Shown piece by piece: positions 36,554 through 46,011 of a DNA stretch of 64,000 bases (its first letter is position 1; every line of letters begins with the position of its first letter). This DNA is from an uncultured Candidatus Saccharibacteria bacterium (GTDB taxonomy: Bacteria; Patescibacteriota; Minisyncoccia; Minisyncoccales; Staskawiczbacteraceae): NCBI GenBank assembly GCA_964427585.1, contig CAYRVC010000004.1:163-64162 (forward strand), given 5' to 3'. The translations under genes were made by a program, and so were the position numbers. The notes beneath the pieces are model-generated. The model ran no database searches, was not told the origin of the DNA, and saw only the letters and a list, made by a program, of their open reading frames with translations.

Positions 36554-37117
36554 ATGGTATTTTCATTGATTTCCAATTTAGTTAACGGAGTAAAAGAAGG
36601 AATAGTCGCCGGCCTTAAAGGAACCGCTGACGTTGCCAGCAGTATCGTGGATGTTGCCAAAGACACAACGGTTTCCGTTTTAAAAGAAGGCGGGGAGTTT
36701 GCCAAAGAAGCCATTGACGTGCCCGCTTCAGTGGTTAAGGGAGTTCTAAGCGGAGTGGGAGAAATAGGCGCGTCCGTGATTACCGCTGTAAAAGGAGTTG
36801 TCAGCGGAACCATCCAGGGGCTTACGGAATCAGGAGTAAAAGAAGAAGTGGCTATTAAAGGAGCGGTTGCTCAGTCTCTGCATAGCGCCAAGGAATTGGG
36901 CTTAAATGTGGGGGAAACCGCCGTTGAAGCGGTGAACGGAGCGGTCGATGCGGTAAAACAAGTGGGGGGAGACACTCTTTCAGCCACCAAAACAGCGGTA
37001 ACAACCGCTTTGGACACAGCCACGGAACTTGGGGTTGACGCTATCTCAGCGGTAAAAGATTCTCTTTCCGCGGGAGTGGAGGGAGCTAAAGACATTATTG
37101 ACTCGCTTGAAGAGTAG
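36554..37117 (+). CDS. hypothetical G/V/A/K-rich repeat protein
   Basis: 187 aa with reiterated ...AVKGVVSG.../...AVxxAKExG... segments. The antisense ORFs are compositional artefacts. Confidence 0.5.
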   Translation: MVFSLISNLVNGVKEGIVAGLKGTADVASSIVDVAKDTTVSVLKEGGEFAKEAIDVPASVVKGVLSGVGEIGASVITAVKGVVSGTIQGLTESGVKEEVAIKGAVAQSLHSAKELGLNVGETAVEAVNGAVDAVKQVGGDTLSATKTAVTTALDTATELGVDAISAVKDSLSAGVEGAKDIIDSLEE

Positions 37118-37182
37118 AAACCAAATAGCTAGAAAACAAAGCAGGGTTTTACCCTGTTTTTGTTTTCTGGTAAGATTATATT

Positions 37183-37881
37183 ATGAAAGTTATCGTGGTT
37201 TTGCCAGCTTACAACGCGGCTAAAACACTGGAGAAAACAGTGATAGACATACCGAGGCCGTTGGTTGATGAGATTATCCTGGTTGACGACAAAAGCAGTG
37301 ACCAAACTCTTAGCATAGCCAAATCTTTGGGGCTGGTTGTTTTGAGGCATGATAAAAACAAAGGTTACGGAGCCAACCAGAAAACATGCTATAAGGCGGC
37401 GTTGAACAGAGGGGCTGATATAGTGGCGATGATTCACCCCGATTACCAATATGACCCGAAACTTTTAAGACATTTCATCGATTTCATAAAAGACGGATAT
37501 TTTGACGTGATGCTGGGTTCAAGAATAAGGAGCAGGAAAGAAGCGCTTGAGGGAGGAATGCCGGTTTACAAATATTATTCCAACAGGTTCCTGACTTTCG
37601 CGGAGAATCTGGCAACAGGATATAATTTGTCGGAGTGGCATACTGGCATGAGGGTCTATAAAAAAGAGGTTTTAAAATCCATTGATTTTGAAAGCAATTC
37701 CGACGATTTCGTTTTTGACAGCCAGGTTCTTTTTCAGATAGTCAAAAAAGGCTTCAAAATAGGGGAATTGCCCGTGCCGGTAAGATATTTCAAAGAGTCT
37801 TCAAGCATTAATTTTTACCGCAGCTTAAAATACGGAATCCAAACCTTGCGGCTGGCCGTGAAATACTGGCTGGACAGTTGA
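37183..37881 (+). CDS. family 2 glycosyltransferase (Dpm1/polyprenol-phosphate GT-like)
   Basis: MKVIVVLPAYNAAKTLEKTV...IILVDDKSSDQT...MIHPDYQYDP. Confidence 0.9.
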   Translation: MKVIVVLPAYNAAKTLEKTVIDIPRPLVDEIILVDDKSSDQTLSIAKSLGLVVLRHDKNKGYGANQKTCYKAALNRGADIVAMIHPDYQYDPKLLRHFIDFIKDGYFDVMLGSRIRSRKEALEGGMPVYKYYSNRFLTFAENLATGYNLSEWHTGMRVYKKEVLKSIDFESNSDDFVFDSQVLFQIVKKGFKIGELPVPVRYFKESSSINFYRSLKYGIQTLRLAVKYWLDS

Positions 37882-37910
37882 TATAAACACTTTGAATTAC
37901 AAAATGCCAT

Positions 37911-39557
37911 TTGAGGCATGATATGCCAAAGAAAAATTTTAGGAACGAAGAAAATTCAATCACTGCCCGAATTTCACAACAGGAATTTCCAATAAGCAAA
38001 ATCCAGGCGCATTTTTTGATATGGCTGATTGGCTTTGTTTTATATTTCAAATCAATTTTTTTCGGCTTCACCTATTTAGACGACAATGCCCTTATATTAG
38101 ACAATATTGATTTTCTGTCGAACATCGGAAATATTTTCAGCGTTTTTGCCAGGGATGTTTTTTACGCGACGCACGGTCTGTCCGCATATTACAGGCCTTT
38201 GCTTACAGTCTCTTTGATGTTTGACGCCGTGATTTCAGGCCAGTCGCCCGCAATGTACCATTTTACCAATATAATAATTCATTTGGCGGGCTCCAGTTTG
38301 GTGTTTACGGCTCTTTTAAAACTTAAATATTCGAGAATAGCCTCCTTTTTTTTGGCGGTTATTTTTTCGGTTCATCCGGCCTTGACGCAGGCAGTGGCCT
38401 GGATTCCGGGAAGGAACGATTCGCTTTTAGCTGTTTTTGTTTTGGCTTCGTTTATTTTTTTCCTGGATTTTATTGAGAAGGGAAAGAACAGGTCTGTTTT
38501 TTGGTCTGCATTTTTTTTTCTGCTGGCAATTTTTACAAAAGAAACAGCTTTGTTGCTGCCCGCGGTTTTTCTTTTTTACGCTTTTTTACGCTATTTTCCG
38601 CTAAAAAATATTTTATTCAAGTTTTCCATTCCGTGGATTGTTTCCGTTGTTGTTTTTTTTCTTCTGCGCCACATTGCTTTTGAAAATCCCCTTCAGGCGC
38701 GTTTTAAAGATATTTTTCTGTCCGTATTTTTCAATTTGCCGGCCTTGATACAGCTTCTGGGAAAAGTTTTTTTTCCTTTCAATTTATCCGTTCTGCCGAT
38801 CATCCAGGACACCACTTTTATCTTCGGGGCTATGGGTATTTTCTTTATTTTAATATTGGTTATAATGAAAGCGCGCGATAAATCATCTCCGGCGGGAAGT
38901 TTTAAAATGATGCTTTTTGGAATTGCTTGGTTTATTGTTTTTCTTCTGCCGTCTTTCATAAGGCCCAATGCCTTTGTTACGGCTGATTTTATAGAACACA
39001 GGCTTTATCTTCCCTTTTTCGGCATTATTATTTTTCTGGCTGAAAGCCGCCTGCCAAAATTTCTGGAAGACTCATTTGGAGGATGGCATTTTTTCGGATG
39101 GATTGTTTTGGCCTCAATATTTTTCGTCGTGTCTTTTTTGCACCAGAACAATTTTTACAACAGGACGGCTTTTTGGAAAAACGCCGCTTTAAATTCGCCC
39201 CACTCCCCCCTGGCCCAAAGAAACCTCGGGGCAATGTATTATTTGGACGGGCAGTATGATCTGGCCGAGGAATATTACAAGAAGTCCTTAACTATCAACA
39301 AAACAGAACCGATGGTTCATAATAACTTAGGGCTTATTTATGTCAGCAGAGGATTGTTTCTGGAAGCTGAAAAGGAATATTTAGAGGAACTTTCTTTAAA
39401 CCCGAACTACGACAACGCGCGCTTCAATCTCGGGCTCCTTTATTATAAAGCCGGGAAGATAGAGGAAGCGAAGAAAGAATGGGAAAAAACACTGGAAATC
39501 AACCCGGAGCATTCGGACGCGATAAAATTAATGGATTTTTTAAATAAAGGTCGTTAA
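37911..39557 (+). CDS. polytopic membrane protein (GT-C/PMT-like, inferred) with C-terminal TPR repeats
   Basis: More than 10 TM segments, then the TPR signature NLGAMYYLDGQYDLAEEYYKKSLTINKTEP...NLGLIYVSRGLFLEAEKEY...NLGLLYYKAGKIEEAKKEWEKTLEINP. Confidence 0.75.
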   Translation: MRHDMPKKNFRNEENSITARISQQEFPISKIQAHFLIWLIGFVLYFKSIFFGFTYLDDNALILDNIDFLSNIGNIFSVFARDVFYATHGLSAYYRPLLTVSLMFDAVISGQSPAMYHFTNIIIHLAGSSLVFTALLKLKYSRIASFFLAVIFSVHPALTQAVAWIPGRNDSLLAVFVLASFIFFLDFIEKGKNRSVFWSAFFFLLAIFTKETALLLPAVFLFYAFLRYFPLKNILFKFSIPWIVSVVVFFLLRHIAFENPLQARFKDIFLSVFFNLPALIQLLGKVFFPFNLSVLPIIQDTTFIFGAMGIFFILILVIMKARDKSSPAGSFKMMLFGIAWFIVFLLPSFIRPNAFVTADFIEHRLYLPFFGIIIFLAESRLPKFLEDSFGGWHFFGWIVLASIFFVVSFLHQNNFYNRTAFWKNAALNSPHSPLAQRNLGAMYYLDGQYDLAEEYYKKSLTINKTEPMVHNNLGLIYVSRGLFLEAEKEYLEELSLNPNYDNARFNLGLLYYKAGKIEEAKKEWEKTLEINPEHSDAIKLMDFLNKGR

Positions 39558-39595
39558 AATTAACCCGTTAAATTAAAAAAAGTAAAATTAACATT

Positions 39596-40348
39596 ATGGA
39601 GGAAGAAACAAAAAAAATAGAATTATCAAACAGATTTTTTGCGCTGGCTTCGGTTTTAACCGCAGGATTGATTGTTTTTTATATCGGCCAGGCTGTTTAC
39701 CAGCTCCTTACCTTGCCCCAGAATTATCCGCAGGATATTGTGATAACCGGCGAGGGGAAAGCATATGCTAAGCCGGATGTCGCAATCGCGAAACTGGGGG
39801 TAAAGACCGAGGCTGTAAAAAGCGGAGACGCTGTCAATAAAAACAACGAAGCGATGAATAAGATAATACAGGCTGTAAAGGACCTGGGGGTTGAAGAGAA
39901 AGACATTCAGACAACAGCTTATAATTTAACTCCCGTTTATGATTACACGGAAATGGGCAGGATTTTCAAAGGCTATTCCTTAGAGCAACAGGTGGCCGTT
40001 AAAATCCGGAATTTTGAAAAAATAGGGGATGTTCTGGACGGCGCTTCAAAAAACGGGGCGAACACAATAGGGGATTTGCAGTTCACCATTGACGACCCTG
40101 AAACAGCCAGGGCTGAAGCAAGAAAAAAAGCTGTTGACCAGGCAAAAGCCAAAGCCCAGAGCCTTGCGGATGACGCCGGCTTGAGGATAGTGAAATTAGT
40201 TAATATTTCGGAAGGATACAATGATGTTCCGCCGATATATGGGTATGGAGGAGGAGTTATGATGGAGAAGGCAAGCGCAATTCCGCAGATTGAATCAGGT
40301 CAACTGGAAATAACCGCTTCCGTTTACTTAACATACCGCGTGAAGTAA
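39596..40348 (+). CDS. SIMPL (DUF541) domain protein
   Basis: TM anchor followed by GEGKAYAKPDVAIAKLGVKTEA...NNEAMNKIIQAVKDLGVEEKDIQTTAYNLTPVYDY. Confidence 0.85.
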   Translation: MEEETKKIELSNRFFALASVLTAGLIVFYIGQAVYQLLTLPQNYPQDIVITGEGKAYAKPDVAIAKLGVKTEAVKSGDAVNKNNEAMNKIIQAVKDLGVEEKDIQTTAYNLTPVYDYTEMGRIFKGYSLEQQVAVKIRNFEKIGDVLDGASKNGANTIGDLQFTIDDPETARAEARKKAVDQAKAKAQSLADDAGLRIVKLVNISEGYNDVPPIYGYGGGVMMEKASAIPQIESGQLEITASVYLTYRVK

Positions 40349-40360
40349 TATGAGCTCAAT

Positions 40361-40813
40361 ATGAAAAACTGTATTTTTTGCAAAATTGCCAAAGGAGAGA
40401 TTGACTCAGCCAAAGTTTTCGAGGACAATAAATTTTTGGCGATTTTGGATTTGAATCCCAATACCAAAGGAATGACTCTTGTGATGCCCAAAAACCATTT
40501 TGATTCGGACGTTTTTTTGATGCCGGAAAAAGATTTTCAGGAATTGGTATCGGCTTCAAAAAAAGTTGCAGAGATATTGAAAAAAGGTCTGAAGGTAAAC
40601 AGAGTGGCAATGGTGGCTGAAGGAATGGGGGTAAACCATGCGCATATAAAGCTTTATCCTTTGCATGGGATAGAAAAAGAGTTTTCTGAAATATGGGCGA
40701 AAGAAAAAGTGTTTTTTGATAAATACGAAGGCTACATTTCAACCCAGCTGGGGCCGCAGGCGGATATAAAAGAGCTCAAAAGCTTGGCAATGAAAATCTC
40801 TTTGGCAGAATAG
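40361..40813 (+). CDS. HIT-family hydrolase
   Basis: CIFCKIAKGEIDSAKVFEDNKFLAILDLNPNTKGMTLVMPKNH...GVNHAHIKLYP. Confidence 0.85.
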   Translation: MKNCIFCKIAKGEIDSAKVFEDNKFLAILDLNPNTKGMTLVMPKNHFDSDVFLMPEKDFQELVSASKKVAEILKKGLKVNRVAMVAEGMGVNHAHIKLYPLHGIEKEFSEIWAKEKVFFDKYEGYISTQLGPQADIKELKSLAMKISLAE

Positions 40814-40871
40814 AAAATTGCTTTTTTGCTGATTTATGGTAAGATAAAAAAGAATCATTAACCCTTGTATA

Positions 40872-42623
40872 ATGGATTCCCCAATTGAAGAAATAAAAAA
40901 TAAACTAAATATTTTAGATGTCATCGGCAGTTATATCAAGCTTGCAAAAACAGGGATAAATTACAGGGGGGTATGCCCTTTTCACTCGGAAAAAAAACCT
41001 TCTTTTTTTGTTTCGCCCTCAAGGCAGATGTGGAGGTGTTTTGGATGCGGAGCGGGGCACAGCATGTTTGATTTTGTGATGAAAATTGAGGGCGTTGAAT
41101 TCGGGGATGCTTTGAGGATTCTGGCTAAGAAAGCTGGGGTGGAACTGAAAAGGGAAAATCTGCAGATAAAAACGGAAAGGCAGAGGCTTTACGAAATTTT
41201 GGAGCTTTCCTGCCTTTTTTTTGAAAAACAGCTCTGGCATGGGAATGTAGGAAGAGAAGCAAAAGAGTATTTATCAAAAAGGGGAATAAACGAAGAAAGC
41301 ATAAAAAAATGGCGCCTGGGCTATTCTCCCGATACGTGGCAGGGTTTGTCGGATTTTTTGGTGGGCAAGGGATATAACAGGGAAGAAATTGTAAAAGCCG
41401 GGTTGGCCGTGGAAAAAGAGGGTAAATCGGATTCTTATGACAGATTCCGGGGCAGGATTATTTTTCCTGTTTTTGATTTGAATTCCCAAGTATTGGGATT
41501 CGGGGCAAGGGTTTTTAACGTAAAAAATGAGAAAGAGGTTGCAAAGTACATAAACACGCCCCAGACTCTTATTTATAACAAAAGCAATATTCTGTACGGC
41601 TTGAACAATGCCAAGGTATCCATAAGGAAAAGCAACCGGTGCGTGATAACGGAGGGGTATACGGACGTCATAATGTGCCACCAGGCCGGCTTTGACAATG
41701 TTGTCGCGTCATCGGGAACAGCCCTGACTTCAGGGCATTTGGACACCCTTAAAAGATATTCTGAAAATTTGATTCTGGCTTTTGACATGGATGTGGCCGG
41801 GGATTCGGCCACGAAAAGAGGCATTGACTTAGCCCAGGAAAAGGGGTTTGACATCAAGGTAATACAAACATACGAGATCGACCAGGACCCGGCCGACATT
41901 ATTTTAAAAAATCCGCAGAATTTCGAAGAATATGTTTTAAAAGCAAGGTCGATAATGAATTATTATTTTGATTCCGCTTTCGCCAGTTTCGACAAGAACA
42001 CGCCGGAGGGAAAAAAGGAAATAAGCAGGGTCATACTGCCTGCCGTAAAGAGGATTTCAAATAAAATAGAGCAGTCGCACTGGATACAGAAGCTGTCTTC
42101 GATGTTGCAGACTAGAGAAGAAGCGATATTGGCGGAACTTGCCAAAACAAAAATCAATGCGAATTTTTCATATCAGCTGAAAGATGATAAAAAAAATTTT
42201 CTAAATAACGGCGGAAAATCCGGTTCTGCCAAAGAACGGAAAGACCTTATAGAGGGAAGAATCATTTCATTGCTGGCTTTGCATCCAGAAAACTTGGACT
42301 TAATAGAAGAGCCGCATCACGGTTTTTTTTCGGGAAAAAACAGGAAAGTAATAGAAGACCTTAAAAATCCGTCAGACCCTGAAGAAAAAAGAGCCGAAAA
42401 ATTCAAATGCCTTTTGGCCGACCTCGAGCTTTCAGAACAGGAAAATTTTGAGGAAGACGCAAAAGAAGAAATTAAACTGTGTTTTTTGCAGCTGAAAAAT
42501 ATAAATATAAGGGAAAGGTTAAGCAGGCTTTCTGGCGAAATTAAAACAGCTGAAGAAAACAATGATTTAAAAACAGTAAGCATTCTGACGGAAGAATTCA
42601 ACAAAATTACAAAAGAACTTTAG
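40872..42623 (+). CDS. dnaG: DNA primase
   Basis: Zinc-ribbon CPFHSEKKPSFFVSPSRQMWRCFGCGAGHSMFDF and Toprim VITEGYTDVIMCHQAG...AFDMDVAGDSAT. Confidence 0.95.
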   Translation: MDSPIEEIKNKLNILDVIGSYIKLAKTGINYRGVCPFHSEKKPSFFVSPSRQMWRCFGCGAGHSMFDFVMKIEGVEFGDALRILAKKAGVELKRENLQIKTERQRLYEILELSCLFFEKQLWHGNVGREAKEYLSKRGINEESIKKWRLGYSPDTWQGLSDFLVGKGYNREEIVKAGLAVEKEGKSDSYDRFRGRIIFPVFDLNSQVLGFGARVFNVKNEKEVAKYINTPQTLIYNKSNILYGLNNAKVSIRKSNRCVITEGYTDVIMCHQAGFDNVVASSGTALTSGHLDTLKRYSENLILAFDMDVAGDSATKRGIDLAQEKGFDIKVIQTYEIDQDPADIILKNPQNFEEYVLKARSIMNYYFDSAFASFDKNTPEGKKEISRVILPAVKRISNKIEQSHWIQKLSSMLQTREEAILAELAKTKINANFSYQLKDDKKNFLNNGGKSGSAKERKDLIEGRIISLLALHPENLDLIEEPHHGFFSGKNRKVIEDLKNPSDPEEKRAEKFKCLLADLELSEQENFEEDAKEEIKLCFLQLKNINIRERLSRLSGEIKTAEENNDLKTVSILTEEFNKITKEL

Positions 42624-42632
42624 CATATATAA

Positions 42633-43823
42633 ATGAAGAAAAATAAAAAAAATAAATCTTTTAAAAAAGCCAAAAAGAATATTGGCCGCAGGAAGCCGCA
42701 TAAAAAACAAAAAAAGACAGGAATTGCCAGAAAAAGCAAAAAAACGGAGCTGTTTTTAAAGCAAATTGAGTCCCTCTCAAAAAAGGGGGAGGAAAGGGGT
42801 TTCATCACAACCTCGGAGATTTTGCATGAGTTTCCCGATATAGAAAAAAATGTTGAAGGCCTGGAAAAAATATACGATAATTTCAGGGAAAAGGGCATTC
42901 AGATAAAAGAGGTGAGGGAGTTTCTTGAAGTAAAATCAAAAAAAGAGTCCGCTAATTCTAAAAAGAACAAAAAAGCGATTATAGGAAAAGTGGACCCCAT
43001 TCAGATGTACTTAAAGGAAATAGGCAGGGCCAGCTTTTTAAGCGCCAGGGAAGAAAAAGAACTGGCTAAAAGAATAGAGCTTGGAGACGAGGAAGCAAAA
43101 AACAAGCTGGCGCTGGCCAACTTGCGGCTGGTTGTTTCCATAGCCAAGAAATATGTGGGCAGGTCTTCCAATCTTACTCTTCTTGATCTGATACAAGAGG
43201 GGAACCTCGGGCTTTTTAAAGCAGTAAAGAAATTCGACTGGAGGAGGGGCTATAAATTTTCAACTTACGCCACCTGGTGGATACGCCAGTCCGTCACCAG
43301 ATCAATAGCGGACCAGGCCAGGACCATAAGGATTCCAGTGCACATGATTGAAACAATTTCAAAATACACAAAAGTAAGAAAAAATCTTTTGCAGGAAATA
43401 GGGCGCGAGCCTCTAGCTGAAGAAATAGGGGCGGAAATGGGCTTGGATGTTGACAAAGTCCATCATATAAGAAGAATCGCCCAGAAAGCTGTTTCGCTGG
43501 AAACCCCTGTTGGCGAAAACAAAGACAAGCAGGACAGCATCCTGGCGGAATTCATCAGAGACGATAAAACAATAGCCCCAAATACGGAGGCCGAGAGAAA
43601 GCTTTTGAAAGACAGGCTGAAAGAAATTTCCACCGAGCTCAGCCCCAGGGAAATGAAAATTTTAAAGATGCGTTTCGGATTGGAAGACGGCGTGATGCAC
43701 ACATTGGAAGAAACGGGCAAAGAGTTCGGCGTCACCAGGGAGAGAATCCGCCAGATTCAGGCAAAGGCGTTGGAAAAAATCAGGAGGCACAGGGAGATAA
43801 AGAAAGTGGAGGATTACTATTAA
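42633..43823 (+). CDS. rpoD: RNA polymerase sigma factor RpoD (sigma70)
   Basis: Region 2 [53 protein letters not shown] and region 4 [24 protein letters not shown]. Basic N-terminal tail. Confidence 0.95.
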   Translation: MKKNKKNKSFKKAKKNIGRRKPHKKQKKTGIARKSKKTELFLKQIESLSKKGEERGFITTSEILHEFPDIEKNVEGLEKIYDNFREKGIQIKEVREFLEVKSKKESANSKKNKKAIIGKVDPIQMYLKEIGRASFLSAREEKELAKRIELGDEEAKNKLALANLRLVVSIAKKYVGRSSNLTLLDLIQEGNLGLFKAVKKFDWRRGYKFSTYATWWIRQSVTRSIADQARTIRIPVHMIETISKYTKVRKNLLQEIGREPLAEEIGAEMGLDVDKVHHIRRIAQKAVSLETPVGENKDKQDSILAEFIRDDKTIAPNTEAERKLLKDRLKEISTELSPREMKILKMRFGLEDGVMHTLEETGKEFGVTRERIRQIQAKALEKIRRHREIKKVEDYY

Positions 43824-43827
43824 AAAA

Positions 43828-43858
43828 ATGCGGGAGGTCTGGCCTCCCGCATTTTTTA
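43828..43858 (+). terminator. rho-independent terminator after rpoD
   Basis: atgcgggagg-tctgg-cctcccgcat followed by tttttt. Confidence 0.75.
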
Positions 43859-43864
43859 TTTGGG

Positions 43865-43893
43865 AATTGGGAGCGCTGCTCCCAATTTTTTTT
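43865..43893 (+). terminator. second tandem terminator-like hairpin
   Basis: aattgggagc-gct-gctcccaatt followed by a T-run. Confidence 0.55.
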
Positions 43894-44428
43894 ATTTTTT
43901 ATATAAATATACGTCTCCCTCTTTTTTTTCCGGAGGCCAGTCGGGAAAGTGAAAATAATTGGAAATGATTTTAGAGCCGTCTTTTGCTTCTTTTTTTAAT
44001 TTTTTCCCCAGTTTTTTCATAATAAAGGAAATTCCGAAAATAATAATGATGTCGAAACCGGAAATGTCTTTTTTCCAGAAATTTCCCCAATGCATGAAGG
44101 CTTTTCCTTTTAATCCGGCTTTTTCAATTTTATCCTTTGCCTTTGCCACCAGGATAGGATTTATTTCATATCCGTGGGCTTCTATGCCCTTTTTAGCCAG
44201 GGCAATCACTATTCTTCCGTCGCCGGCTCCAAGGTCAACAGCTTTTTCACCGGGTTTTATATTTGCAAATTCAATCATTTTTTCGATTTTTTTGTCTTCG
44301 GTTTCTGCGTAAAACGCTCCCCAGAACATAAAAGGAATTACCGAATCAAAAAACATGGAAATAAAAAACAACAAAAAAGCGATAAAGAGCGAAATGAATA
44401 AAATAACGATTACGATATCAAGAATCAT
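43892..44428 (-). CDS. class I SAM-dependent methyltransferase with N-terminal TM
   Basis: Motif I VDLGAGDGRIVIALAKKG. Confidence 0.8.
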   Translation of the reverse strand: MILDIVIVILFISLFIAFLLFFISMFFDSVIPFMFWGAFYAETEDKKIEKMIEFANIKPGEKAVDLGAGDGRIVIALAKKGIEAHGYEINPILVAKAKDKIEKAGLKGKAFMHWGNFWKKDISGFDIIIIFGISFIMKKLGKKLKKEAKDGSKIISNYFHFPDWPPEKKEGDVYLYKK

Positions 44429-45560
44429 ATCTTTTAAATTTTTTTATGCAGTCAGAGATAGTTTTAATCAATCTTTTATCAAAGGGACCGGGGACAATAT
44501 TTTTTTTTGACGGATTTTTAACCAAACCGGCTATTGTTTTGGCGATTTTGAGTTCCAGCCCCAGGCTCATTTTTTTTCTGTAATCTAAAATGCCCCTAAA
44601 GACTCCGGGAAATACAATTATGTTATTGATTTGGTTTCTAAAATCAGATCTGCCGCTGGCAAAAATATAATCTTTCACCGCTTTGTTTATCTCCAAGGGA
44701 ATGATTTCCGGGTTTGGGTTTGAGATGGCGAAAATTATCGGTTTTTCCGCCATTATTTTAATATCAGAGCCGTTTAAAAGGCCGCCGACTCCCGAAACAC
44801 CGATAAAAACATCGCAATTTGATATTGCTTCAATTTTCCCCCCTTTTAAATTTTCATTGTTTGTGGAGACGGCAATTTCCTGCTGGTATTTGTTGTTTCC
44901 TTTTCTTCCTTTGAATATTATTCCCTTAGAGTCAAAAACAATCATATTTTTGGCTCCGGCATAATTTAAAATTTTAAATATTCCGTATCCGGCGGCTCCA
45001 GCTCCTGCAATGCACACACTTGCTTTTTCCAATTTTTTTCCAACAATTTTCAAGGCGTTCAAGAGAGCGGCCAGAACAATTATTGCCACGCCCTGTTCGT
45101 CATCGTGGAAAACGAGAAAATTCTTTTTCTCCAGTTCTTCCCTTATTTCCAGGCTTTTGGGAGACTTGATATCCTCTAAATTAAAAGCCGCGAAATTGGG
45201 AGATATAATTTCAATGGTTTTTAAAATTTCTTCTTTTGATTTTGAATCCAAACATAAAGGATATCCGTCTACTTTTGCAAGCAATTTTAAAAACATTGCT
45301 TTTCCCTCCATAACCGGCAAAGACGCTTCGGGGACCGCGTCTCCCACCCCTAATGTTCTTGAACCGTCCGTGATAATCGCGACATTATTTGCCCGCCCCG
45401 TATATTCATAGGAGCTTTTTGGATTTTGGGCGATTTTTTTAGTCGCTTCGGTTACGCCGGGGGTATAAATCAATTTCAGATTTTTTTTTGAAACTTTTAC
45501 CTTCGCCCGTATTTCTATTTTTCCCTTCAACTGCTTATGCATATTTAAAGCTTCATTCAT
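44418..45560 (-). CDS. NAD(P)-dependent malic enzyme (short form)
   Basis: YTPGVTEATKKIAQNP...ITDGSRTLGVGDAVPEASLPVMEGKAMFLK...IAGAGAAG. Confidence 0.9.
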   Translation of the reverse strand: MNEALNMHKQLKGKIEIRAKVKVSKKNLKLIYTPGVTEATKKIAQNPKSSYEYTGRANNVAIITDGSRTLGVGDAVPEASLPVMEGKAMFLKLLAKVDGYPLCLDSKSKEEILKTIEIISPNFAAFNLEDIKSPKSLEIREELEKKNFLVFHDDEQGVAIIVLAALLNALKIVGKKLEKASVCIAGAGAAGYGIFKILNYAGAKNMIVFDSKGIIFKGRKGNNKYQQEIAVSTNNENLKGGKIEAISNCDVFIGVSGVGGLLNGSDIKIMAEKPIIFAISNPNPEIIPLEINKAVKDYIFASGRSDFRNQINNIIVFPGVFRGILDYRKKMSLGLELKIAKTIAGLVKNPSKKNIVPGPFDKRLIKTISDCIKKFKRYDS

Positions 45561-46011
45561 ATTTTTAAGGTCTTTAATTATTTATTAATGATATATCTAT
45601 TAATATTACAAAATAATTAACTTGATATCAATGTCGTTTCATTAAAAAACGGGGGATTGACTATAAGTCCCTGTAAAGATATAAGGGAACTATCATTAAA
45701 TAACTTGGGTATCCCCCTGTTTTTTTAGAAAACGAAGTTATATTCCTTTCCTTATATAGGAAGTTTAGTTTTTTTATATTACCTTTTTTCCTAAAAACGG
45801 GGATTCTCAAAAACTTTGCATGCAACAACTGGAAGCTTTATAAATAACGGGTACGCTTTGTTTTTTTTAAAAAAGGAGGGCGGTCGTCAACGCGCTTCAT
45901 TTATATAAAAAACAAAGATTCTCAAAAAATAAATTCAGATTGGCAAAAAAGCTTCGTAATAATAATGCTAAAAATTGCGGAACGCTCCTCTGAGCTGTCC
46001 GATAAATATAT

